A stretch of 64,000 bases of DNA from Eledone cirrhosa (taxonomy: Eukaryota), in contig OZ024742.1 of the NCBI GenBank assembly GCA_964016885.1, positions 231,446,001-231,510,000 of the forward strand, written 5' to 3'. A program made the translations under genes and the position numbers. Position 1 is the stretch's first letter. The number at the start of each line of letters is the position of its first letter. Under the pieces are notes generated by a model. That model had not been told where the DNA came from. It saw only the letters and a program-made list of their open reading frames with translations, and did not search any database. Shown piece by piece: positions 14,101 through 28,891 of this stretch.

Positions 14101-14919
14101 GTTCTCCCTAAAAATGAAAGGCAGGTTGTACGATGCCTGCATACGAACAGCAATGTTGCATGGTAGTGAGACCTGGGCATTGTGTGCAGAGGATATACGC
14201 AGACTAGAGAGGAACGAAGCTTGCATGCTCCGCTGGATGTGTAACAGTAATATACGTGAACGGCAAAGCATAAACGAACTAAGGAAAAAATTAGAGATAA
14301 GAGGGATCAGATGTTGTTTACTCGAGAGAAGGCTGCGTTGGTATGGACACGTGATGCGCATGAAAGTCGATAGCTGTATTACAAAGTGCAGGGCAATAAA
14401 GATAGACGGTAGCCACGGAATAGGCAGACCTAGAAAAACATGGGATGAGCTGATAAACTCCGACCTCACACACTTACACCTCTCCAAGACAATGTCACTG
14501 GACCGTGACCTTTGGCGGTACTCAGTAACAGAGAAGACCCGCCTTGCCAGTAGGCATCTCTAACAAACTACACCCCGTCCCGCCACCACCCCCACCCCAT
14601 CCACACCACCCCGTTCTATGTAAAGTTATGTTGGTGCCGCGCCATCCAGGCCGAAACAAATGAGATCGTGTAGGTGTCACGACAAAAAAACACACAGTCC
14701 ACGCTGTAATGTGGCCGTGTAGGCAACACGGTAAAAACCTCCCAGACCCACACTGTAAATGTGGTTGGTGTTAGGAAGGGCATCCAACTGTAGAAAACCT
14801 GCCAGACAGTCCTATGCGAGCAAGACAATCACTCTTGCCTCAAGTGGGACTACCCCCGTCCAAACCCATGCAAGCGTGGAACACGGACGTTAAACGTTGA
14901 TGATGATGATGATGATGAT
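11108..14919 (+). mobile_element. Apparently full-length RTE-clade LINE, family B
   Basis: Repeat-rich 5' leader, single uninterrupted APE+RT ORF, ~335-nt 3' UTR and (GAT)n tail, embedded in (TA)n. Confidence 0.95.
11276..14563 (+). CDS. RTE polyprotein: APE endonuclease + reverse transcriptase with a PHD-like Cys/His insert (first ATGs at 11300 and 11381; true start uncertain)
   Basis: APE motifs GTINVGTL, CIQETRW, SAYAPQ, GDLNGHVG, QVDYIL and SQHRL. RT motifs [26 protein letters not shown] and YADD. No stops or frameshifts. Confidence 0.95.
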   Translation: MPSIYDGWMDGWMDGRTAESLESGRERKIWTPRAKMPKLKSNSPRGRECEHSSWFRPRMANITLSPPAPHHPHPPNATQNFRVGTINVGTLKGRANEVVEMLERKEVDVCCIQETRWRGGSARFIEGKKRCYKLFWVGNDDGLGGVGIMVAEKWADKIIDVNRVNDRIIKIRLVLNRTTVTVISAYAPQSGLPGTIKDRFYETLLLTTSQISDSDYIIIAGDLNGHVGQHCDGYDEIHGGYGFGTRNEEGSRILEYCDANNLTICNTNFKKRDNHLITYRSGEHTSQVDYILTRRRDRVSVVNTKSLPHEECTSQHRLIISDLIVRTRRTRQQKRTILRRKIWKLKDPTARNKFQSILLDAFDSKEEHLESDNIEGQWKFLKANLLLATDEVCGWSRPVGRRRVTWWWNSKVEGSIKAKKQAWKVWRDGGSRVDYQVARREARREVYLARREAEERKFKHVLQRDDQKREVFRIARQCVKENRDIVGEKCVLNDDGILAITDTDKKVAWKCHYERLLNEENKWEKDSLPHIDPIEGPAVLVEGSIISKAIKDMKTGKAAGPSEIVAEMLKASGTVGHTMVTRIVNQVVQNGVVPKDWHSSIIVNCYKGKGDALDRSNYRGIKLIDQVMKVTEKVIAQLIRERIDLDEMQFGFVSGKSTTDALFIVRQLQEKYLAKGKPLYLAFVDLEKAFDRVPRSIIWWALRKLGVDEWLVRAIQAMYKETVSKVRINNEYSEEFSVKVGVHQGSVLSPLLFIIALQAITEEFKTGCPWELLYADDLTLIAESMAELEKKFQTWKHGLESKGLKINLAKTKVLVCRKENKAAVPSGKWSCSVCRKGVGRNSILCPKCKVWVHKRCSGITGKLTKNIDFTCGRCSGAISSSKCPQNTSSFNCAEGSIEIVDSFRYLGDKISSGGGCSESTVARVRTGWKKFRELIPLLAAKGFSLKMKGRLYDACIRTAMLHGSETWALCAEDIRRLERNEACMLRWMCNSNIRERQSINELRKKLEIRGIRCCLLERRLRWYGHVMRMKVDSCITKCRAIKIDGSHGIGRPRKTWDELINSDLTHLHLSKTMSLDRDLWRYSVTEKTRLASRHL

Positions 14920-15487
<568 letters not shown>

Positions 15488-17968
15488 AACCTACAAATCT
15501 GGTGAGCACATAAGCCAGATTGACTTCCTGCTAGTTAGGCAGCGGGACAGGCAGATAGTGTCTAATACCAAGGCATACCCTGGGGAAGAATGTACCCCAC
15601 AGCATAGGTTAGTTGTTAGTGATATCTCAGTAAGCAAGAGATGGAATGAGCCATATAGGAAGGTGTGGAGAAGAAAGGTCTGGAAGCTAAAAGACCTTTC
15701 ACTAAAATTCAAATTTAGGAAAGCCCTTCAAGATGTATATGACGAAAAAGAAGACGATTTAGAGACGTATGACATAGATAATAACTGGAAGTTCTTACGT
15801 GACAACTTGCTGAAGGCTACTGATGAAACCTGTGGCTGGAGCAGAGCTCCAACCAGACAGAGAGTGACCTGGTGGTGGAACAGCAGTGTAGATAAGGCTA
15901 TTAGAGACAAAAGACTAGCATGGAAGGCTTGGAATAAGGGTGGGAGTAGGGAAAAATATACAGCCACTAAGAGAGAAGCTAGACGTCAGGTGTACTTAGC
16001 ACGCAGGGAGGCAGAGAGTAGGAGGTTTGCCAATGTTCTGCGACGGGAAGATCAGAGGCGTGCGGTGTTCCACATTGCAAGGCAGTGTGTCAATGCAAAT
16101 CAGGATGTTGTTGGTGATAAATGTGTCCGGGATGATGCCGGTGTACTTAGTGTCACGAATGACCAGAAAAAGGAGGCCTGGAAATGTCATTATGAGAGAC
16201 TGATGAATGTGGAGAACGAATGGGAGAGAGAGAAATTACCCTTGGTAGATCCGACAGAGGGACCAGCTATTGAGATTGACGAATATAGGGTCCAAGAGGC
16301 GATTAGGGAAATGAAAAATGGTAAGGCGGCCGGACCATCGGGAATAGTTGCTGAGATGCTGAAGGCATCAGGGGACGTAGGCACTAAACTGGTTGCACGC
16401 ATAATCAATCAGGCTATATATGGTGGTGTCATACCCAAAGACTGGTGCAGCAGTATTCTCATAAATTGCTACAAAGGTAAAGGGGATGCTTTGGAGAGGA
16501 GCAATTATAGGGGTATAAAACTGATAGATCAGGTTATGAAAGTGGCAGAAAGGATTTTAGCACAACTAATTAGAGAAAGGGTCAAACTAGATGAGATGCA
16601 GTTTGGTTTTGTGCCTGGGAAGAGTACAACAGATGCCCTCTTCTTGGTGAGACAAATGCAAGAGAGGTTCTTAGAGAAGAATAAGCCACTATACTTGGCC
16701 TTTGTTGACCTAGAGAAGGCTTTGATAGGGTACCCCGATCTGTCATCTGGTGGTCCCTAAGGAAGCTGGGTGTTGAGGAATGGCTTGTAAGGACAGTGCA
16801 AACTTTGTACAGAGGTACTCTCAGTAAAGTCAGGGTAGGAATGGAGTTTAGTGAGGAATTCCAGATACAAGTAGGAGTACATCAGGGTTCGGTCCTCAGC
16901 CCGCTCTTGTTCATTATAGTCCTCCAAGCCATAACAGAGGAGTTTAAGACTGGCTGTCCATGGGAACTTCTCTATGCTGACGATCTGGCTCTTATGGCAG
17001 AATCAGTAGAGGAGCTAGAGAATAAATTCCGGCTATGGAAACAGCAGTTGGAAGCAAGAGGACTGAGAGTAAATCTAGCTAAGACAAAAGTGTTGATGAG
17101 TAGAAAAGAGGACAAAACCCTGATTCCGTCAGGGAAATGGCCATGTTCGATATGCAGAAAAGGAACTGGCATAAATTCTATAAAATGCACACAATGTAGG
17201 TCCTGGGTACACAAGAGATGTAGCGGGATAGCAGGCAAACTAACAGGTAGGGAGAAATATGTATGCAGTAGATGTACAGGGAAATTAGACAGTAGAAGTC
17301 GCACTGATAGACACATTTTTCAAATGCGAGAGGGCGCTATAGAAGTGGTGGATAGCTTCCGGTACCTAGGAGATCAGATTAGCATGGGAGGAGGGTGTTC
17401 CGAGGCCATAGTATCTAGAATAAGGACGGGTTGGAAGAAGTTTAGGGAGCTGCTTCCTCTGTTGACGAAGAAGGGTTTCTCCCTGCGTACGAAAGGCCGG
17501 TTGTATGATGCCTGTGTGAGGAGCGCGATGCTGCATGGTAGTGAGACATGGGCAGCTACCGCAGAAGATATGCGACGGCTGGAGAGAAATGAGGCAAGCA
17601 TGCTCCGTTGGATGTGCAGTGTAAATGTGCGTGAACGACCCAGCATAAATGTGTTGAGAGAGAAACTGTGTCTGAGAGGGATAGAATGTAGTGTACGAGA
17701 GAGGAGACTGAGGTGGTATGGGACATGTGATGCGCATGGAGGATGACCGATGGGTGAAGAAGTGCCAGGAAATGCCAGTTGAAGGAAGACGTGGTAGAGG
17801 TAGACCACGAAAAACATGGGCGGAGGTGGTGAGAACAGACCTCAGATCATTGAAGCTCACGGTGGAGATGACGAGGGACCGTGACGAGTGGAGAGATGCT
17901 GTGCTGAATAAGACCCGTCCCACCCTTGCAAGCAGGGAAAGGCGGACGTAAAATGATGATGATGATGA
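15488..17968 (+). mobile_element. 5'-truncated RTE-clade LINE, family C; 1-nt frameshifts near 16720 and 17720; ORF stops at 17951 inside the terminal stem-loop
   Basis: Three consecutive ORF pieces ([14 protein letters not shown]..., ...YADD..., GHVMRM...KTRPTLAS) are collinear with the family B protein; (GAT)n tail. Confidence 0.95.
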
Positions 17969-17975
17969 TATATAT

Positions 17976-18064
<89 letters not shown>

Positions 18065-18421
18065 CAAGTATAAATTAGCGAGAATCGTATTTCAGCACAG
18101 GAATTAACGAAAATCAACATCCGATATGTGTGGCAAGCGCTCGATGATTCATGTGAATCAGAGCTACATCATAGGTTAAGGGCCAAACACACTGAGATGA
18201 TGGTTAAACATATCATCCGCACAGCCAAAACAAATGGGTCAAAAAATAAAAATATATGTGTTGATATTTTCCCGGACCCTGGACTGATGGTAAAATCCAG
18301 CATTGGTTTCTGCGACTCCAAAATCAGGTACTGTCCGCCTCCATAAAGAATGTCTGGCTTCAGGTAAGATGATGAACAAGGAAGTCATGTTATCAACGGG
18401 TTTTGTTCTAGGATGCTATAG

Positions 18422-18578
<157 letters not shown>

Positions 18579-18582
18579 CATA

Positions 18583-18616
<34 letters not shown>

Positions 18617-18629
18617 CATACATATATAT

Positions 18630-20122
18630 ACATCATCATCATCATCAACGTTTAACGTCCGTGTTCCACGCTTGCATGGGTTTGGACGGGGGTAGTCCCA
18701 CTTGAGGCAAGAGTGATTGTCTTGCTCGCATAGGACTGTCTGGCAGGTTTTCTACAGTTGGATGCCCTTCCTAACACCAACCACATTTACAGTGTGGGTC
18801 TGGGAGGTTTTTACCGTGTTGCCTACACGGCCACATTACAGCGTGGACTGTGTGTTTTTTTGTCGTGACACCTACACGATCTCATTTGTTTCGGCCTCGA
18901 TGGCGCGGCACCAACATAACTTTACATAGAACGGGGTGGTGTGGATGGGGTGGGGGTGGTGGTGGTGGGACGGGGTGTATTTTGTTAGAGATGCCTACTG
19001 GCTGGAGTAGGTTTTACTATATATTTAGGTAAGGCGGGTCTTCTCTGTTACTGAGTACCGCCAAAGGTCTCGGTCCAGTGACATTGTCTTGGAGAGGTGT
19101 AAGTGTGTGATGTCGGAGTTTATCAGCTCGTCCCAGGTTTTTCTAGGTCTGCCTATTCCGTGACTACTGTCTATCTTTATTGCCCTGCACTTTGTTATAC
19201 AGCTATCGACTTTCATGCGCATCACGTGTCCATACCAACGTAGCCTTCTCTCGAGTAAACAACATCTGATCCCTCTTATCTCTAATTTTTTCCTTAGTTC
19301 GTTTATGCTTTGCCGTTCACGTATATTACTGTTACACATCCAGCGGAGCATGCAAGCTTCGTTCCTCTCTAGTCTGCGTATATCCTCTGCACACAATGCC
19401 CAGGTCTCACTGCCATGCAGCATTGCTGTTCGTATGCAGGCATCGTACAACCTGCCTTTCATTTTTAGGGAGAACCCTTTAGCAGCTAATAGTGGTATAA
19501 GCTCTCTGAACTTTTTCCAACCAGTTCTGACTCTAGCTACAGTACTTTCAGAGCACCCTCCCCCACTGCTGATTTTATCGCCCAGGTAACGGAAGCTGTC
19601 CACTATTTCTATAGAACCCTCTGCGCAATTGAAAGAGCTAGTATTTTGTGGGCACTTGCTGCTACTTATTGCACCAGAGCACCGGCCACATGTAAAATCT
19701 ATGTTCTTAGTTAGCTTACCTGTGATCCCACTACATCTTTTATGCACCCATACTTTGCATTTAGGACATAAAATGGAGTTTCTACCTACGCCTTTCCTAC
19801 ACACCGAGCACGACCATTTCCCAGAAGGGACCGCTGCCTTGTTTTCTTTCCTACAAACTAGTCCTTTTGACTCTAGGCCGTGCTTCCATGTTTGGAATTT
19901 CTTCTCTAGCTCGGCCATTGATTCCGCTATGAGTGTCAGGTCGTCTGCGTATAGGAGTTCCCATGGGCAGCCTGTCTTGAACTCCTCTGTTATAGCCTGA
20001 AGGGCAATAATAAATAGTAGTGGGCTGAGAACAGAGCCCTGATGGACGCCAACTTTTACGCTAAACTCTTCATTATATTCGTTGTTAATTCTAACCTTGC
20101 TGACTGTTTCTTTATACATGGC
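18630..20122 (-). mobile_element. Second, 5'-truncated copy of RTE family B, inverted relative to 13423-14919
   Basis: Near-identical ORF end and 3' UTR; 30-bp in-frame deletion (KINLAKTKVL) and 28-bp insertion at 19003-19030. Confidence 0.95.
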
Positions 20123-20162
20123 TTATATATATATATACATATAAATATATATACATACATAC

Positions 20163-20193
<31 letters not shown>

Positions 20194-20199
20194 CATACA

Positions 20200-20297
<98 letters not shown>

Positions 20298-20540
20298 CAT
20301 ATATATATATATATATATACATACATACATATATATATACATACATACATATATATATACATACATACATATATATATACATACATATATATATACATAC
20401 ATATATATATATATACATACATATATATATATACATACATACATATATATATATACATACATACATATATATATACATACATATATATATATATACATAC
20501 ATATATATATATATATATACATACATATATATATATATAC

Positions 20541-20804
20541 ATGGTGGCTGCCAACTCGTTTTCGAGTACGGCCACTACTTTATATCCATGTAGGAGAACC
20601 CCTACCAATGCGCTGAACGAATGTGACTTTTTAGTCCAGCCAGCGACTTGAAAACTCTGGTACAAACACTACACTTGTGACAATTATTGACACATAGTGC
20701 TGGGCCCATGGTACCATGTGACGACCAGTGCAGAGAGATCTCCAGATATAAAGCAATGCCTGTGCTGTGAAGCTTTTATAGTGAGCAAAGGCACTGCACA
20801 AAGC
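20541..20804 (-). mobile_element. Bipartite RTE-derived non-autonomous retroposon (E610), 3' 264 bp
   Basis: Matches the 3' part of 22638-23250. Confidence 0.85.
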
Positions 20805-20938
20805 AGCATATATATATACATATACATATACATACATATACACATACATACATATACACATACATACATATATACATACATACATACATACATATATACA
20901 TACATACATACACACATACATATACATACATACATATA

Positions 20939-20970
<32 letters not shown>

Positions 20971-21019
20971 CACATACATACACATACACATACATACATA
21001 TACATATACATACATATAC

Positions 21020-21050
<31 letters not shown>

Positions 21051-21239
21051 CATATACATATATATATACATACATATACACATACATACATACATACATA
21101 TACATACATACATATACATATACATATACATACATACATATACACACATATATACATACATATACATACACATATACATATATATACATACACATACATA
21201 CACATATACATATACATACATATATACATATACATACAT

Positions 21240-21841
21240 ATGGTGGCTGCCAACTCGTTTTCGAGTACGGCCACTACTTTATATCCATGTAGGAGAACCC
21301 CTACCGAAGCGCTGAACGAGTGTGACTTTTTAGTCCAGCCAGCGACTTGAAAACTCTGGTACAAACACTACACCTGTGACAATTATTGACACATAGTGCT
21401 GGGCCCATGGTACCATGTGAGGACAAGTGCAGAGAGATCTCCAGATACAAAGCAATGCCTGTGCCGTGAAGCTTTTATAGTGAGCAAAGGCACTGCACAA
21501 AGCCAGTCCCACTTTCTTAACCAAGATGATATTTACCAAAAAGAAGAACAAGTCAACATCATTGGATACCATCAGGGTTGCAGGTGTTATATCAGAGTTT
21601 TCCTTCTCCTAGAATTCTGCCTTGACAAAGGCTAAGGGGTCATCTCTCCCGGTGATTTTGGATGGCCATTGACTTTTAAGAGCTCCTTTGCCCTTTGACA
21701 GGTTTTGTTTTTAGTCCTGCAGGATGTCCAAAGTCACCCTCCTCACCAAGAAACCTTGGTGGGGTTGCCAGTTTAGTCGCCAACGACCCGACCATGAGAC
21801 AGGTTGTACTGGGATACATGTTACCAGTAGCACCAACTGGT
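21240..21841 (-). mobile_element. E610 retroposon, nearly full length
   Basis: Near-identical to 22638-23250, lacking ~8 nt at the 5' end. Confidence 0.85.
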
Positions 21842-21865
21842 ATATATATATATATATATACACAC

Positions 21866-21900
<35 letters not shown>

Positions 21901-21919
21901 AATATATATATATACACAT

Positions 21920-21992
<73 letters not shown>

Positions 21993-22118
21993 CATATATA
22001 TACACATATATACATACATATATACATATATATATACATACATATATATACACACATATACATACACACATATATATACATATATATATATACATATATA
22101 TACATATATATACATACA

Positions 22119-22214
<96 letters not shown>

Positions 22215-22297
22215 CATATATATACATATATATACATATATATATATATATATACATATATACATATACATATATATATACATATATATACATATAC

Positions 22298-22334
<37 letters not shown>

Positions 22335-22339
22335 CATAC

Positions 22340-22378
<39 letters not shown>

Positions 22379-22386
22379 CATACATA

Positions 22387-22422
<36 letters not shown>

Positions 22423-22511
22423 CATACATATATATATATATATATATACACATACATATATATATATATATACATACATATATATATATATATACATACA
22501 TATATATATAT

Positions 22512-22572
<61 letters not shown>

Positions 22573-22637
22573 CATACATACATACATATATATATATACA
22601 TACATATATATATATATATATATACATACATACATAT

Positions 22638-23250
22638 ATGGTGGCTGCCAACTTGTCTTCGAGTACGGCCACTACTTTATATCCATGTAGGAGAACCCCT
22701 ACCGATGCGATGAACGAGTGTGTCTTTTTAGTCCAGCCAGCGACTTGAAAACTCTGGTACAAACACTACACTTGTGACAATCATTGACACATAGTGCTGG
22801 GCCCATGGTACCATGTGACGACAAGTGCAGAGAGATCTCCAGATATAAAGCAATGCCTGTGCCGTGAAGCTTTTATAGTGAGCAAAGGCACTTCACAAAG
22901 CCAGTCCCACTCTCTTAACCAAGATGATATTTACCAAAAAGAAGAACTAGTCAACATCATTGGATACCATCAGGGTTGCAGGTGTTATATCAGAATTTTC
23001 CTTCTCCTAGAATTCTGCCTTGACAAAGGCTAAGGGGTCATCTCTCCCAGTGATTTTGGATGGCCATTGACTCTTAAGAGCTCCTTTGCCCTTTGACAGG
23101 TTTTGTTTTTAGTCCTGCAGGATGTCCAAAGTCACCCTCCTCATCAAGAAACCTTGGTGGGGTTGCCAGTTTAGTCGCCAACGACCCGACCATGAGACAG
23201 GTTGTACTGGGATACATGTTACCAGTAGCACCAAGTGGTGACCTGACATA
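22638..23250 (-). mobile_element. E610 retroposon, full length (RTE 5' UTR joined to RTE 3' end)
   Basis: The minus strand carries CTAGGAGAAGGAAAA(C/T)TCTGAT (RTE/BovB-type 5' UTR motif), a C2H2 finger remnant [20 protein letters not shown], and the tail GGCCGTACTCGAAAACGAGTTGGCAGCCACCAT followed by (AT)/(ATGT)n. Confidence 0.8.
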
Positions 23251-23359
23251 ACATATATATATATATATATACATACATACATATATATATATACATACAT
23301 ATATACATACATACATATATATATACATACATACATACATATATATATACATACATACA

Positions 23360-23391
<32 letters not shown>

Positions 23392-23396
23392 CCTAC

Positions 23397-23427
<31 letters not shown>

Positions 23428-23518
23428 CATACATATATATATATATATATATACATACATATATATATATATGCATACATATATATATATATATATATAT
23501 ACATACATATATATATAT

Positions 23519-23557
<39 letters not shown>

Positions 23558-23572
23558 CATATATATATATAT

Positions 23573-23604
<32 letters not shown>

Positions 23605-23704
23605 GTACATACATATATATATATATATATATACATACATATATATATATATACATACATATATATATATATACATACATATATATATATATATATATAC
23701 ATAC

Positions 23705-23888
<184 letters not shown>

Positions 23889-23979
23889 ATACGTATATAT
23901 ATATATATACATACATATATATATATATATACATACATATATATATATATATATACATACATATATATATATATACATA

Positions 23980-24261
23980 TGTGAGTTCAATTCTCAGACC
24001 GGGCGATGTTTGTTTCCTTGAGTAAGACACATTATTTCACATTGCTCCAGTTTACTCGGCTGTAGAAATGAGATGACCCCAGTCCCTATCAGTCCACTGC
24101 AAAGTGGTCGTGGAGGTGCCATGGCAAAAAAGCACCCAGCGCTCACTGTAAACGAGGGTGGTGTTGGGAAGGGCATCCAGCTGTAGAAATCAAGCCAGAA
24201 TCAATTCCTGTCCCACCCTTGCAAGCAGGGAAAAAAAGCGGACGTAAAATGAAATGATGAT
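23980..24261 (+). mobile_element. tRNA/CORE-type SINE, 5'-truncated
   Basis: Starts at the B box; same body and tail as the other copies. Confidence 0.9.
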
Positions 24262-24285
24262 ACATACAGACATATATATATATAT

Positions 24286-24346
<61 letters not shown>

Positions 24347-24350
<4 letters not shown>

Positions 24351-24557
24351 GTAGTAGAGTGGGTAATAGGAACCAGTAAGACCCCGACAGCTGAGCTCAA
24401 GCCGTTTCGACGGCTAATTCTGGACTGAATTAGCCGTCGAAACGGCTTGAGCTCAGCTGTCGGGGTCTTACTGGTTCCTATTACCCACTCTACTACCTCA
24501 AGTATTGAGTACTTTGGTGCGTTATGGTCCACCTGGTTCCTTACCACACTTCCTTCG

Positions 24558-24558
<1 letters not shown>
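24347..24558 (+). mobile_element. Perfect 74-bp-arm palindrome plus 58-bp extension; probable PLE terminal fragment (family C) with the 3' half of a hammerhead
   Basis: 24347-24420 is the reverse complement of 24427-24500, with loop TGGACT. It contains stem-GAAAC-GGC-TTGAGCTCA-GCT-GTC. Confidence 0.7.
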
Positions 24559-24585
<27 letters not shown>

Positions 24586-24593
<8 letters not shown>

Positions 24594-24650
24594 ATACTTT
24601 GGGAGGGTCATGTTGCCAATAAGAAACGAAATTCTGAAACGAATTATATA
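24586..24650. mobile_element. Tiny PLE-B terminal fragment
   Basis: ATTGTTATACTTTGGGAGGGTCATGTTGCCAATAAGAAAC is identical to 43059-43098. Confidence 0.75.
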
Positions 24651-24657
24651 AATATAT

Positions 24658-25087
24658 ATGGTGGCTGCCAACTCGTTTTCGAGTACGGCCACTACTTTAT
24701 ATCCATGTAGGAGAACCCCTACCGATGCGCTGAATGAGTGTGACTTTTTAGTCCAGCCAGCGACTTGAAAACTCTGGTACAAACACTACACTTGTGACAA
24801 TTATTGACACATAGTGCTGGGCCCATGGTACCATGTGACGACAAGTGCAGAGAGATCTCCAGATATAAAGCAATGCCTGTGCCGTGAAGCTTTTATAGTG
24901 AGCAAAGGCACTGCACTAAGCCAGTCCCACTCTCTTAACCAAGATGATATTTACCAAAAAGAAGAACTAGTCAACATCATTGGATACCATCAGGGTTGCA
25001 GGTGTTATATCAGAGTTTTCCTTCTCCTAGAATTCTGCCTTGACAAAGGCTAAGGGGTAATCTTTCCTGGTGATTTTGGATGGCCAT
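24658..25087 (-). mobile_element. E610 retroposon, 5'-truncated
   Basis: Matches the 3' 430 bp of 22638-23250. Confidence 0.85.
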
Positions 25088-27779
<2,692 letters not shown>

Positions 27780-27839
27780 AAAATATTAAACAAATAATGA
27801 ATAAACAATGAAACAGTTCCTTATATTAAACAAAAAAAG

Positions 27840-27993
27840 TTCATTATTTAACGATCGTTTCTAGGATATATATGTGTTAGAATTGGCATGCATATTCAAC
27901 AGATCTATGTACAAAATTATACAAAATTATACAAACTATCAAGATTAAATATACATACCAACACATATATACGCCGTCTTCAGAAATAATGAA
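27840..27993 (-). ncRNA. Type I hammerhead ribozyme candidate with long stem II
   Basis: UUCAUUAUUU-CUGAAGA-[stem II, UAUAUAUGUGUU/AACACAUAUAUA]-GAAAC-GAUC-GUU-AAAUAAUGAA; 10-bp stem I; palindromic stem III AACGAUCGUU. Confidence 0.75.
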
Positions 27994-28623
27994 ATATATT
28001 TATTGATAATAACAACAATTCAAAATTTCAGGTCCGTTTGGGAACAAAATTGACCAATGAAAATACAAAAGGTTTAATGCAGTTCGGTGTGTGTATATAC
28101 ATGTAACTACCCTTACACATATTTTACAAAAATGTATGCACAACTTGTATACGCATACCAAAAGGATGGATGCAAATACAAAATTTTCAAGGTTAATGTC
28201 TCTGTAAGTTTATAATGCACAGTTAAGATGCGTATAGACACATAAATATGAAATAAGTGTATACACATATTTTCTTACCCACACATATCCGTACAATCAC
28301 ACACACACGCGCGTATATGCATAAACATACACATAACTACGAACATACAAACACACACACACCCCCACTCACATATATATATGTGGATATAAAATCCTAA
28401 GCACATGGATATTAATTCACTCACATAAACACTGGCACACACATTTAGATCAAGATACAGAAATTAGGTGGGAGGGGGGGAGAGGTCAGTATTCAATGGT
28501 TTGGGCAGACTGCTTAATATAGATGTATCTATAAACTAAGAAAATAAAAATAATAAATAATAAATAAACATTAAAAAGGAAAGAAAAGAAAAAGAAAAAA
28601 GAAAAAAGAAATATATCAAGAAA

Positions 28624-28654
<31 letters not shown>

Positions 28655-28824
28655 CATATATATACATATATATACATACACATATATACACATATATATA
28701 TACATACACATATACAAACACATACATACATATACACACATCCACACTTAGAACATACATACACACACATATATAAACATATACATATACACACATACAT
28801 ACATATACACACATACATATAAAT

Positions 28825-28891
<67 letters not shown>

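Noticed and set aside
16715-17725. Programmed frameshifting in RTE-C
   Set aside because: These are single-base indels at short homopolymers relative to the intact family B frame; mutation or sequencing error is more likely.
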